The notes below the pieces were generated by a model. That model did no database searches, was not told the DNA's origin, and worked only from the letters and a program-made list of their open reading frames with translations. From assembly GCA_026708965.1 (NCBI GenBank), contig JAPOTY010000020.1, positions 4,017 through 68,016 of the forward strand: 64,000 nucleotides of DNA, written 5' to 3'. Origin of the DNA: Gammaproteobacteria bacterium (GTDB taxonomy: Bacteria; Pseudomonadota; Gammaproteobacteria; Steroidobacterales; Foliamicaceae). The position numbers were made by a program, and so were the translations under genes. Below, piece after piece: positions 1 through 9,000 of the stretch. The stretch's first letter is position 1. Every line of letters begins with the position of its first letter.

Positions 1-703
1 GGACATGGCGGACTCGCATGCCGTGCAGGACGCATGGATTGCCATGAAGGTGGCGCGCGGCGCGAAGATCCGGGGACGCAAGGTGGGCCTCACGTCCAAG
101 GCCATGCAGCGCGCCATGAACATTGGCGAGCCGGATTACGGAACGCTGCTCGACGATATGTTCTTTGAGGACGGGGCGGAAATTGAAGCGGCGAGTTTCC
201 TCGATCCGCGGATGGAAGTGGAGATCGCATTTGTGCTCGACCGTCCGCTCGCTGGCGCAAACGTGACCGTGGAAGAGGCGCTGGCCGCCACCCGGGCCGT
301 GCATCCGTCGCTTGAGTTGATCGCGGCGCGCAGCTTCCGCGTGGATCCGGAAACCGGACGCGCCCGCACGGTCATCGACACGATCGCCGACAACGCGGCT
401 TCGGCGGGTGTGGTGCTGGGCGGGCGCGGATTCGATCCGTCGCAAATCGATCTGCCTTGGGCCGGCGGCATCCTCTACCGCAACGGCGAGGTGGAGGAAA
501 CCGGACTGGCGGCCGGGGTGCTGGGCCATCCCGCCAATGGCGTGTGCTGGCTGGCCCGCCGGTTCGCGGCGCACGGCATTGCCCTCGAATCGGGCGACGT
601 GATCCTGAGCGGCTCGTTCACGCAGCCGGTTCAAGCGCGCCCGGGCGATGAGTTTCTGGCCGATTTCGGGCCTCTCGGCCGGCTCGAGTGCCGTTTCACT
701 TGA
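1..703 (+). CDS. hpaH: 2-oxo-hept-4-ene-1,7-dioate hydratase (HpaH/HpcG family), 5' end cut by the window edge
   Basis: ORF 5..703. The blocks [39 protein letters not shown] and [10 protein letters not shown] align without gaps to my memory of E. coli HpaH from about residue 35. The true start therefore lies upstream of the window. hpaI follows directly. Confidence 0.85.
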   Translation, partial: DMADSHAVQDAWIAMKVARGAKIRGRKVGLTSKAMQRAMNIGEPDYGTLLDDMFFEDGAEIEAASFLDPRMEVEIAFVLDRPLAGANVTVEEALAATRAVHPSLELIAARSFRVDPETGRARTVIDTIADNAASAGVVLGGRGFDPSQIDLPWAGGILYRNGEVEETGLAAGVLGHPANGVCWLARRFAAHGIALESGDVILSGSFTQPVQARPGDEFLADFGPLGRLECRFT

Positions 704-713
704 TGCCGATCGC

Positions 714-1481
714 ATGAAACTGCCCGAGAACCTATTCAAGAAGCGGCTCGGCGAAGACGGTGTGCAGTTCGGCCTTTGGCTGGGCATGTGCTCGCCGGTC
801 GCTGCCGAACTTTGCGCCTGCGCGGGTTTCGACTGGCTGCTGATCGATGCCGAGCATGCGCCCAACGATCTGCGTTCGGTGTTGCGGCAGCTCCAGGCCA
901 TAGAAGGCAGCGGAACGCAGGCGATCGCCCGCGTGGCGGACGGCGATCCCACGCGCGTCAAGCGCTACCTCGATGCGGGCGCTCAGTCGCTGCTGGTTCC
1001 CATGGTCGATACCGCCGAGCAGGCCGAGGCGCTTGCGGCCGCCGTTCGCTATCCTCCGCGGGGAGTGCGCGGGCTGGCCACTTCGATTACGCGGGCGTCG
1101 CGCTGGACGCAGATCGAGAACTACGCCGCTCAGGCCGAGTCGCAGATTTGTCTGATCGTGCAGGCTGAAACCGTAACCGGGCTTGATAATCTCAAGGCCA
1201 TTGCCGCTGTGGACGGCGTGGATTCCGTGTTCATCGGACCCTCGGACCTGTCCGCGTCCATGGGCTATCTGGGTCAGCCGAACCATCCGGAAGTGCAAGC
1301 CGCCGTGGCGCAGGCGCTGCGCGATATCGCCGCGTCGGGCAAGGCGCCGGGAACGCTGGCTGGTTCGCCGGAGGCCGTGCGGACGCACACCGCCAACGGC
1401 GCGAAGTTCTTGGGGATTGGCAGCGATACCGCCCTGCTGGCGAACGCCTCCAAGGGTTTGCTGAGTTCGGCTGCGGGCTGA
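714..1481 (+). CDS. hpaI: 2,4-dihydroxyhept-2-ene-1,7-dioate aldolase (HpcH/HpaI family)
   Basis: ATG at 714 lies in the frame of ORF 648..1481 (MKLPENLFKKRL...). LLIDAEHAPND and GVDSVFIGPSDLSASMG are typical HpcH/HpaI aldolase blocks. The gene sits directly after hpaH. Confidence 0.85.
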   Translation: MKLPENLFKKRLGEDGVQFGLWLGMCSPVAAELCACAGFDWLLIDAEHAPNDLRSVLRQLQAIEGSGTQAIARVADGDPTRVKRYLDAGAQSLLVPMVDTAEQAEALAAAVRYPPRGVRGLATSITRASRWTQIENYAAQAESQICLIVQAETVTGLDNLKAIAAVDGVDSVFIGPSDLSASMGYLGQPNHPEVQAAVAQALRDIAASGKAPGTLAGSPEAVRTHTANGAKFLGIGSDTALLANASKGLLSSAAG

Positions 1482-1541
1482 AAGATAAGGCGATGCTGTG
1501 CGGCGCTGCTCGCCTGCGGTCTGGGTCGGCTCCCGGCTGAA

Positions 1542-2045
1542 TCATCCGCAGCTAGAGAGAAACAGCCGAAACAGCACCCGGATTTCGTCCAGCGCTTCGG
1601 TCAGCCCGTGGCCGGCGCGCAGCAGATGCAGATGCGCGCCGTTGGCGCGGGCGAAATCGACGCTCCATTCCAGCGGCACGATATCGTCCTCCCAGCCATG
1701 CACCAGATGAGCCGGCGCATCCACCGTTTCCCCAAGCGGCGGCCAGTCCGGCACCGCCAGCGCCGGCGCCATCAGAAACAACCCGGCGGCCGGTTGCGCC
1801 TGCGCCGCGGCCACCGCCACGTAGCCGCCCATGCTGCTGCCCGCCAGCAGTATTTCCCTGCGGCAATCGCGCATGCGGGCGATGAGCTTTTTCGCTCTCT
1901 CGGCGGGATCGGGCATTCCCCTGTAGTCGATGGAATCCACCGCAAGGCCCGCGTCGCGGGCATCTTCCGCCAGCACCGTGATCTTTGTTCCCCAGGGCCC
2001 GCTTTCCTGGCCATGCGAAAACAGCACGATCCTCTTCTTTTTCAC
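1542..2045 (-). CDS. small alpha/beta-fold hydrolase (YqiA-like esterase)
   Basis: 167-aa ORF with the nucleophile elbow GSSMGG and a C-terminal GHG His region. High GC3 coding pattern. Confidence 0.6.
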   Translation of the reverse strand: MKKKRIVLFSHGQESGPWGTKITVLAEDARDAGLAVDSIDYRGMPDPAERAKKLIARMRDCRREILLAGSSMGGYVAVAAAQAQPAAGLFLMAPALAVPDWPPLGETVDAPAHLVHGWEDDIVPLEWSVDFARANGAHLHLLRAGHGLTEALDEIRVLFRLFLSSCG

Positions 2046-2146
2046 AGGCGCTCGGCGGGTGTTTCGGAAGCGCCGAAGCCCGGCCCGCCCATGTGCTGCT
2101 TGCGAATCATCCCGTCATCCTAGTGGCTGGCGTTCCGCAGCCCGGC

Positions 2147-2821
2147 TTAAGTGTTCACTACCGGGTAGCGGGGATCGCCCCAATCCTCGTCGGGATTCCG
2201 GATTAACAAATGGATGATTCGCGGCGTTAATTCGCTCATTATGGCGGCCCCGTCGCGGATCTGCTCCCGATTGATACTGCCTTTCCAGGTGGCCCCGCCA
2301 TGCACCAACTGATTCCGCAGGGTATAGAGGCGGGCCAGAACGATGGCGAGCACGGTGGCCGTCTGGCCTGTGCTGCGGAGCGCCCGGAAGGCTGCTTGGT
2401 TCGCCCGCTCGAATTTCTGCTTCCATTCCCGCTCGCCCATTCTTCCGCTTTGGAAATCCCAAAAAGGCTGAAACACGAACTCGTTGTTCAACAGTATGCG
2501 AATCGGGCCGGAAAACCGATCCCAAACCAGCGCGAACAGCAGATTGCCGTGATCGAGCGATACCAGCCTTCCCAAAAACCGTTGCAGCATGGCTTGCTCG
2601 GCTTCATCCGCATCGCGCTGAATTTCGTTGGCATAGGCCGCGTTAAGCGCAATCCACAGGAAAATGAACCGCGCGTCCTCATCGTCGCCGCACAACTCGG
2701 CCCGCTTCAGCCAACTCAACGCCCGGTGAACGCGAAGGCCAATCCGGTCGTCATGATCTTTTTCTAGGCACTTCGCCTGCGCCTCGAGCGCCGCGTAATC
2801 AAATTTCATGGTTCGCGCCAA
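2147..2821 (-). CDS. HEPN-like protein (candidate RNase) linked to an R-M pair
   Basis: 224-aa ORF lying 18 nt downstream of the methyltransferase stop on the same strand. LRNQLVHG gives an R-N-x3-H motif (R169 at 2315-2317, H174 at 2300-2302) in the C-terminal third of a mostly helical-looking sequence. I did not recognise any other family signature. Confidence 0.45.
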   Translation of the reverse strand: MARTMKFDYAALEAQAKCLEKDHDDRIGLRVHRALSWLKRAELCGDDEDARFIFLWIALNAAYANEIQRDADEAEQAMLQRFLGRLVSLDHGNLLFALVWDRFSGPIRILLNNEFVFQPFWDFQSGRMGEREWKQKFERANQAAFRALRSTGQTATVLAIVLARLYTLRNQLVHGGATWKGSINREQIRDGAAIMSELTPRIIHLLIRNPDEDWGDPRYPVVNT

Positions 2822-2839
2822 AATGCTGGCTCTCGTCGG

Positions 2840-4315
2840 CTACCACGCAAGCTCGGTTTGTCGTGTCCTCAAGCGCTTGGATTCAATTGTCCCGCCGCTC
2901 TCTTCCGCCAGCAGTCCGATGTCTAGGCTCGACAGCAGGCTTGCGGTTATAGGCCTTTTGGCATCCCAGAAAATAAACGACTGGAAGAATTTTCTGGCCG
3001 ACTCCGAGTCCAACAACTCCCTCAAGTATTCCGCTTCGCTTTTGCTCCAACAAGGCAGAAAGTAGCAAGTGTCGTCTAGCACTACTGGTCTCTCATTCAG
3101 AGGAGCAACGATCTGAAAATCTAGGTGCTTATAGAATCCTGAAATCGCGACCTTCCATGGAGCGAAACTGTAGCTGCCTACCCCGAAGACCGAATAGCGA
3201 GGTCGATTGCGGTAAATTGTGCTTGATCGAGCATCAAGCAGGTCAGCATGGGATTCTAGGTAGTTCCATGTAAGGGGGGCGCTGCTAGCAATTCGTGCTG
3301 TGTCTTCGCCTATCGAGGTTTGAGTGACCAGCATGTAACGGGACGGCGTACTTCCTTTCGAGAGTTCGGAACTCTTGAGCATTGGGAACAGGAAATTCCG
3401 CTCCAGCTTAACAGTCTCGCCAAGCCCGTTCTCGTACAAGTCAGGCTTGGCTCCCGGTCTTAACTCCATGACGCGCGAGCAATCGTGCTTGATTCCGGAG
3501 CGCCATTTGACGACAGAAGTTCCACAGAGATGCCCATAGGCATCCAGCGAGGCTAAATCCGCGACGAGGCGACTGCTACGCAGCCCGAATGTCTTGATCG
3601 GTTTGGATGACTCTAGCGTGGCAAAAGCTTTGCATTCCTTGGAGTGGCCTCCCGGCTTCAGGACGGCAACCAGCAGGCAGGCATCCACAAAAGCTCCGAA
3701 GTGATCGACCGCGCTGATGCCGTAGGTTGACGCTTTCTTGATTTGGAGGTTGTTTTTCCAAGCGTGGTGCAGCACTTTTCTGGCCACCGATGTCTTGCAT
3801 AACATCGACAACACTGCGACACGCCCCGAAAGCCATTCCAGAAGGCGTGTCAGCATCCATTCCGAGATATCGAAATTGCTTTTTCCGGTGATTGCTTCAA
3901 TGCCATTGAGGCGCTGGGCATTCGACTTGGCGGGCAGGTTCCTGCCATTGATGGAACCTAATGCGGAATTGGTGACCCAGGGTGGATTGCCTATGACCAG
4001 TATTGGCTCATCGAGCTCGCTTAATATCCTCGGCCAATTCTCAACAAAGAAGTTCGCTTGGCATACCTTCGCTCGCTTTGCCTCGCTTTGGGCGACTTCG
4101 ACATGATCGGGATTAATATCGAACCCGAGGAACAAATTGCAGTCTCGAAAGGCCGCTTCAGATGCTTGCAGAAAGGCGCCGATCCCGCAGGTGGGCTCGA
4201 CCACTGCCGCAGGAGATATTTTCAGCCGAATAAGAAGATCGCATACTTGCCTAGCAAGTGCTGCGGGCGTTTGAAAATCGCCAAGCTCCATCTTTTTTTT
4301 GGCACTAATAGCCAT
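2840..4315 (-). CDS. N6-adenine DNA methyltransferase, gamma-class (type II R-M modification subunit)
   Basis: ORF 2840..4399. The start is placed at MAISAKKK (4315), just after the upstream gene's stop at 4320. Motifs seen: GDFQTP, motif I EPTCGIGAF and motif IV VIGNPPW, followed by a C-terminal target-recognition-type region of about 260 aa. The gene is AT-richer than its surroundings. Confidence 0.85.
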   Translation of the reverse strand: MAISAKKKMELGDFQTPAALARQVCDLLIRLKISPAAVVEPTCGIGAFLQASEAAFRDCNLFLGFDINPDHVEVAQSEAKRAKVCQANFFVENWPRILSELDEPILVIGNPPWVTNSALGSINGRNLPAKSNAQRLNGIEAITGKSNFDISEWMLTRLLEWLSGRVAVLSMLCKTSVARKVLHHAWKNNLQIKKASTYGISAVDHFGAFVDACLLVAVLKPGGHSKECKAFATLESSKPIKTFGLRSSRLVADLASLDAYGHLCGTSVVKWRSGIKHDCSRVMELRPGAKPDLYENGLGETVKLERNFLFPMLKSSELSKGSTPSRYMLVTQTSIGEDTARIASSAPLTWNYLESHADLLDARSSTIYRNRPRYSVFGVGSYSFAPWKVAISGFYKHLDFQIVAPLNERPVVLDDTCYFLPCWSKSEAEYLRELLDSESARKFFQSFIFWDAKRPITASLLSSLDIGLLAEESGGTIESKRLRTRQTELAW

Positions 4316-4319
4316 CCGA

Positions 4320-4973
4320 TCAAGCAATCCTCTGGATCCCTCCAACAATACCTGCCTCTTCGATTGCCCGCTTGTATTGTAGCCGCCATTGAAGCGCATT
4401 GGAGATCGTGAGATACCCTATTTGAGGAGGATTCCGCAAGAGCTCTTCGGCAAGCTCCAGTGCTTCCGTGTCATCGATCGGCAAGTTGCGGTCGCTCATG
4501 AAAGCAATGATGTCCTCGGCGTTGCCATCGCGCGAGATGATGTCTCGGATTCCTTGAGTGGTTTGGTAATCTGCGGTTCGCGACTCGTCCACGTAAATGA
4601 CATGAAGAATGTCCAGTTTTGCGGTTTGCGTCTCTTCGTTGTCTGACTTCGAGTAAACAAACACAAGCAGGGAGTATCCGAGACCGCATACTTTCTGACG
4701 AGCTGACTTGAAAGGCGACGAAGATTGCGGCTGTTTGATGCTCGTTACCTTCATGTCCACATTGAGGTCAGGAAAGTCGATTCCTTTGGCCGAACTCCCG
4801 ATTTCGTAAACGTACTTGTTATTCAGAAGCCGTTGGAATTTGTGCTCCAGATAGGTGCCTACGGCCTTGCCGTCGGTAACGCCATAGAGGCTCGCTTCAT
4901 CATGCGCGGATTCCGAGACCGCAAACTCCATTGCCTCGGACAAAAGTTTGTCAATACTGAGTCTGGGCTTCAT
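4320..4973 (-). CDS. putative type II restriction endonuclease
   Basis: 217-aa ORF lying 4 nt upstream of the methyltransferase start, on the same strand, in the lowest-GC part of the islet. The segment GIDFPDLNVDMKVTS could be a compressed PD-(D/E)XK core. The call rests mainly on gene context. Confidence 0.55.
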   Translation of the reverse strand: MKPRLSIDKLLSEAMEFAVSESAHDEASLYGVTDGKAVGTYLEHKFQRLLNNKYVYEIGSSAKGIDFPDLNVDMKVTSIKQPQSSSPFKSARQKVCGLGYSLLVFVYSKSDNEETQTAKLDILHVIYVDESRTADYQTTQGIRDIISRDGNAEDIIAFMSDRNLPIDDTEALELAEELLRNPPQIGYLTISNALQWRLQYKRAIEEAGIVGGIQRIA

Positions 4974-5182
4974 GTAGTTGTGGATTTCACCCGAAACTCA
5001 CTACTCGTTTCAAGAGAAAATGACCGCTCGTTCAGACCGTGGCAGGCGGTGATGACATTGCGGCCTGCTCTCCTCGCGCACAAGCCAAAAACTATACTGA
5101 GAGCATAGCCTAGCTCCACACACACGGATTTAAGGAAGTCGCGAATGTCCTTCGCATATAATTTGGAGGTGAGTTGATACAC
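4970..5182 (-). CDS. small ORF upstream of the endonuclease (possible leader or controller; unproven)
   Basis: 70-aa ORF with a GTG start. Its TGA overlaps the endonuclease ATG as ATGA at 4970-4973. I saw no HTH signature. Confidence 0.2.
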   Translation of the reverse strand: MYQLTSKLYAKDIRDFLKSVCVELGYALSIVFGLCARRAGRNVITACHGLNERSFSLETSSEFRVKSTTT

Positions 5183-5205
5183 AGTTAGGCGGGGAGTTAT
5201 GCCGT

Positions 5206-7731
5206 ATGTGTTTTTCGTTTGATTCTTTCTTGCGTTCGAGCCAATCCATTACTGCGGCGAGCTTCGCCATTGCGGCGCTATTGGCCGCGCCGGGCGTTGC
5301 AGTTGCCCAGCAGGAACCCGGCGATGCCGCCGGGCCCATCGAAGAAGTGGTGGTGGTTGGCACCCGGGCGCTGCCGCGGTCGGTGGAGGAGTCCTCGGTG
5401 CCGGTGGACGTGATCGGCGCGGAGGACTTCGAGGATCAGGCCGGTTTCGAGATGACCAACCTGATTCGCGCTGCGGTGCCCTCGTTTCATGTCAGCGACA
5501 ACCCGTCGCGCGATCTCGCCGCCCTGCTGCGGCCCATCAACCTGCGCGGGCTGGCGCCTGATCACACGCTGGTGCTGATGAACAATAAGCGCCGCCATCG
5601 CGGGGCGGTGATCCAGTGGATTTCCAACGGCGCCTCGAACGGCGCCCAGGGGCCGGATATCTCGGCGATTCCGGCGATCGCGCTTAAGCGCATGGAAGTA
5701 TTGCGCGACGGCGCGGCCGCCCAGTACGGGTCCGACGCCATCGCCGGCGTGGTCAACTTTGTCCTCAAGGATGCCGCCGAGGGCATTTCGCTGCAAGCGC
5801 GCTACGCCGCCTATACCGAAAACTCCAGCGAGGACATGACCTCCGTGGCCGCCAATATTGGGTTGCCGCTCACCGCCAACGGCTTCGCCAATCTCAGCAT
5901 CGAATACGGCGAGTCGGCGCCCACCGACCGCAGCGTCCAGCATGCCCACGCCACAGCGCTCATCGGCTTAGGCATCCCGAACGTGGCCGTTCCCGCCAAG
6001 CCTTGGGGCTCGCCAACCGTCAACGACAGCATCAAGGCCGCCGCCAACCTGGGCTTGGATTTTGGCAGCGGCATGGCATTCTACGGCTTCGGCAACTACG
6101 CCAGCCGCGAGGTATCGACCGCGTTTTTCTTCCGCAGCCCCATGAACCGCAACGGCGTCTATAAAACCAGCGCCAACAAGTTCCTAGTGGGTGGCGAGGG
6201 CTGCGCTGACCGCTACGGCAATATCGACTCGACAGCGGGTAATCTGCTGTCCTTCCGCGATATGCTGGTTGCCGATTCCGGCTGTTTTTCGTTCGTTGAA
6301 ATGCTGCCGGAAGGCTTTACTCCGCAATTCGGCGCGAAGATATCCGACTTCTCCAGCGTTGCCGGCCTCAGGGGCGAGCTGGCCAGCGGCATTCTCTGGG
6401 ATGTTTCCGCCAGCATCGGCGAAAACAATCTCGACGCCTTCAACCACAATACCCTGAATGCCTCGCTGGGACCCGATAGCCCGCGCAATTTCGATATCGG
6501 CGAATACACGCAGCGTGAAACCAGCTTCAACGTGGATGTGTCGTGGCCGATCGATGTGGGCGCGTCCTCGGACCTCAACCTAGCCGCGGGGTTAGAAGCG
6601 CGCAACGAGGAATTCGAAATCACCAGCGGCGAGCGCGCCGCCTGGGAGGTTGGGCCGTACCAGCAATACGGCTTCGCCGCCGGCTCCAACGGCTTCGGCG
6701 GCTTCAATCCCGCCACTGCGGGAAGCTGGGACCGCGGCAACCTTGCCGGCTACGTGGACGTGGAGGTGAGCCCCACGGAAGTCTGGCGCCTCGGCGGAGC
6801 GCTGCGCTACGAGGACTTCGACGGCTTCGGCGGCACCACCAACTTCAAGCTCGCCACCCATTTGCGCCTCAACGACAGTCTGGCGCTGCGCGCCTCGATA
6901 GGCAGCGGCTTCCGCGCGCCCACGCCGGGCCAATCCAACGCGCGCAATCTATCGACGGTGGTCAACGCCGTCACCAACCAATTCGAGGAGCGCGGAACCA
7001 TCGGCTCCACCCATCCCGTGGCCTTGGCGCTGGGCGGTCGCGAACTTGATCCCGAGGAAAGCGATAATTTCTCCTTGGGATTGGTGTTCGCCGCCGAAAA
7101 CGGCTTCAGCCTGACGCTCGACTACTTCAGCATCGATATCGATGATCGAATCGCGCTGTCCGGGCTATTTGCCGTGACCGACGAAATCAAGCGGCAGCTG
7201 GTGGCGCAGGGGGTTCCCGAAGCCAACGAATTTACTTCGGTGCGCTTCTTCACCAACGATTTCGATACCGAAACCACCGGCTTCGACTTAGTGGCCGGCT
7301 ACGAATGGGACACCGCCAGCGGCAATGCCGGCATCGAATTTTCCTTCAACAGCACCGATACCGAAGTGGTGGACTCGTCCAGCATTTCAGCCGGCACCAT
7401 CAGGAACTTGGAGCACGGCTGGCCGGAAACGCGCTACAACCTCACGTACCGGCAGAACTTCAGGCAATGGGGCCTAGTGGCTCGCTACAGCTACTACGGC
7501 GACTGGTATGACGATCACGCCGGCGCGGATTTCGATGGCTACGGGCTTGCCGATATCCAGGTGCGCTACAACTTCGCGAACGGGCTGGCGCTTGCCGTGG
7601 GCGCCGAAAACGCGCTGGACGAGTATCCGGATGAAGCCATCAACTTCGGCAACGGTCGGCGCTACCCGCGCTATGCGCCGGCGGGCCACAACGGCGCGCT
7701 GATATTCGCCAAGCTCAGCTTATCGCTTTGA
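5206..7731 (+). CDS. TonB-dependent outer-membrane receptor
   Basis: 841-aa ORF with a signal peptide (AIAALLAAPGVAVAQ) and plug-region blocks (IEEVVVVGTRA, DVIGAEDF, VLRDGAAAQYGSDAIAGVVNFVLKD). A long beta-barrel-like Gly/Asn/Tyr-rich body follows. Confidence 0.9.
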   Translation: MCFSFDSFLRSSQSITAASFAIAALLAAPGVAVAQQEPGDAAGPIEEVVVVGTRALPRSVEESSVPVDVIGAEDFEDQAGFEMTNLIRAAVPSFHVSDNPSRDLAALLRPINLRGLAPDHTLVLMNNKRRHRGAVIQWISNGASNGAQGPDISAIPAIALKRMEVLRDGAAAQYGSDAIAGVVNFVLKDAAEGISLQARYAAYTENSSEDMTSVAANIGLPLTANGFANLSIEYGESAPTDRSVQHAHATALIGLGIPNVAVPAKPWGSPTVNDSIKAAANLGLDFGSGMAFYGFGNYASREVSTAFFFRSPMNRNGVYKTSANKFLVGGEGCADRYGNIDSTAGNLLSFRDMLVADSGCFSFVEMLPEGFTPQFGAKISDFSSVAGLRGELASGILWDVSASIGENNLDAFNHNTLNASLGPDSPRNFDIGEYTQRETSFNVDVSWPIDVGASSDLNLAAGLEARNEEFEITSGERAAWEVGPYQQYGFAAGSNGFGGFNPATAGSWDRGNLAGYVDVEVSPTEVWRLGGALRYEDFDGFGGTTNFKLATHLRLNDSLALRASIGSGFRAPTPGQSNARNLSTVVNAVTNQFEERGTIGSTHPVALALGGRELDPEESDNFSLGLVFAAENGFSLTLDYFSIDIDDRIALSGLFAVTDEIKRQLVAQGVPEANEFTSVRFFTNDFDTETTGFDLVAGYEWDTASGNAGIEFSFNSTDTEVVDSSSISAGTIRNLEHGWPETRYNLTYRQNFRQWGLVARYSYYGDWYDDHAGADFDGYGLADIQVRYNFANGLALAVGAENALDEYPDEAINFGNGRRYPRYAPAGHNGALIFAKLSLSL

Positions 7732-7773
7732 CCGGCAGCGCCGCCGCGTGCCGCGCAGTGAGGCCGATGCGGG

Positions 7774-8736
7774 TTAGCCGGCGTCCATGGGGGCGTTGGT
7801 ATCGACGACTCGGGTGGCGGCGCCAACGATGAGGGGATCCGGGCCGCTGATGATGTCGGTGTCCTTGTCGGGATAGGGGAGCTTCATCAGGAAGTGCTGC
7901 AAGCAGGCGATGCGGGCGCGCTTTTTGTCGTCGGACTTGATGACCGTCCAGGGCGCGTCGGCGGTGTCGGTGTAGAAGAACATGGCTTCCTTGGCCATGG
8001 TGTAGTGATCCCATTTATCGACCGACGCAATATCGATGGGCGAAATTTTCCATTGCTTTAAGGGGTCGGTGCGGCGGCTGTCGAAGCGGTGCGCCTGCTC
8101 TTCCTGCGACACGGAAAAATAGTACTTGAGAAGGTAGATCCCGCTATTGACCAGCATCCGCTCCAGCGCCGGGCACTGGCGCATGAACTCCAGGTATTCC
8201 GCCCGGGTGCAAAAGCCCATCACGCGCTCCACGCCGGCGCGGTTGTACCAGGAGCGGTCGAACAGCACGATTTCGCCTGCGGCGGGGAAGTGCGCCGCGT
8301 AGCGCTGGAAATACCACTGCGTGCGCTCGCGCTCGTCGGGCTTCTCAAGCGCCACGACGCGGGCGCCGCGGGGATTGAGATGCTCCATGAATCGCTTGAT
8401 GGCGCCGCCCTTGCCGGCGGCGTCGCGCCCCTCGAACAGCAGCAGCACCTTGGCGCCGGATTCCTTGATCCAGCGCTGCGCCTTGAGCAATTCCACTTGC
8501 AGCGCGGCCTTGCGCTTCTCGTAGGTGCGGCGCGGCATCCTGTCCTCGTAGGGATAGACGCCTTCCTGGAACACGCGCCGGATCACGTCGGAGGAATACT
8601 CAGGCCGCTGCGGGGCCTCAGCCGGCGATTCCGGGCTCGCCTCGCCGGTTTCCGATGCTTGCTCTTCGTTTTCCGAGCCCGTTCCGCGCGCTGCTTTGCG
8701 CGGTCCGGTGTCCTCCGGGACGACCTCTTCCCGCAT
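7774..8736 (-). CDS. ppk2: polyphosphate kinase 2
   Basis: LLLFEGRDAAGKGGAIKR (Walker A) and FDRSWYNRAGVERVMGF are classic PPK2 blocks. An acidic, low-complexity N-terminal tail precedes them. Confidence 0.85.
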   Translation of the reverse strand: MREEVVPEDTGPRKAARGTGSENEEQASETGEASPESPAEAPQRPEYSSDVIRRVFQEGVYPYEDRMPRRTYEKRKAALQVELLKAQRWIKESGAKVLLLFEGRDAAGKGGAIKRFMEHLNPRGARVVALEKPDERERTQWYFQRYAAHFPAAGEIVLFDRSWYNRAGVERVMGFCTRAEYLEFMRQCPALERMLVNSGIYLLKYYFSVSQEEQAHRFDSRRTDPLKQWKISPIDIASVDKWDHYTMAKEAMFFYTDTADAPWTVIKSDDKKRARIACLQHFLMKLPYPDKDTDIISGPDPLIVGAATRVVDTNAPMDAG

Positions 8737-8853
8737 AACTTGCCCCCGCCAAGAATGGAGCGCTGATTATAAGATGCCCGATTCAAGCTGTGCCGCGCCG
8801 TTTCGCATCCATCGCTAGCATGGCCGTTGCGCTTACGCTGCGGCATTCAAGCC

Positions 8854-8862
8854 GGGGGGGGG
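8854..8862. repeat. G9 homopolymer in the ppk2 / amidohydrolase divergent intergenic region
   Basis: Read directly: gcc ggggggggg atgatg. Confidence 0.95.
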
Positions 8863-9000
8863 ATGATGAGTCGTTTCCTCGGGTTCGCGTGGCGAGCGCG
8901 GTGCGATAATGGCCGCAGTGAAACCCCAAGGCCCCCACTCATGGACAATCGAGCGTCAGGACAGTGTGCGCAACCCGCTGCATTCGATAGGGAACACGGG

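Noticed and set aside
8827-9000. 58-codon N-terminal extension of the amidohydrolase ORF. The analogous extension of the SOUL ORF lies at 32809-33033.
   Set aside because: The internal ATGs give proper signal-peptide or lipoprotein-like N-termini. The extensions are Arg/Gly/Cys-rich and, in the first case, cross the G9 tract.
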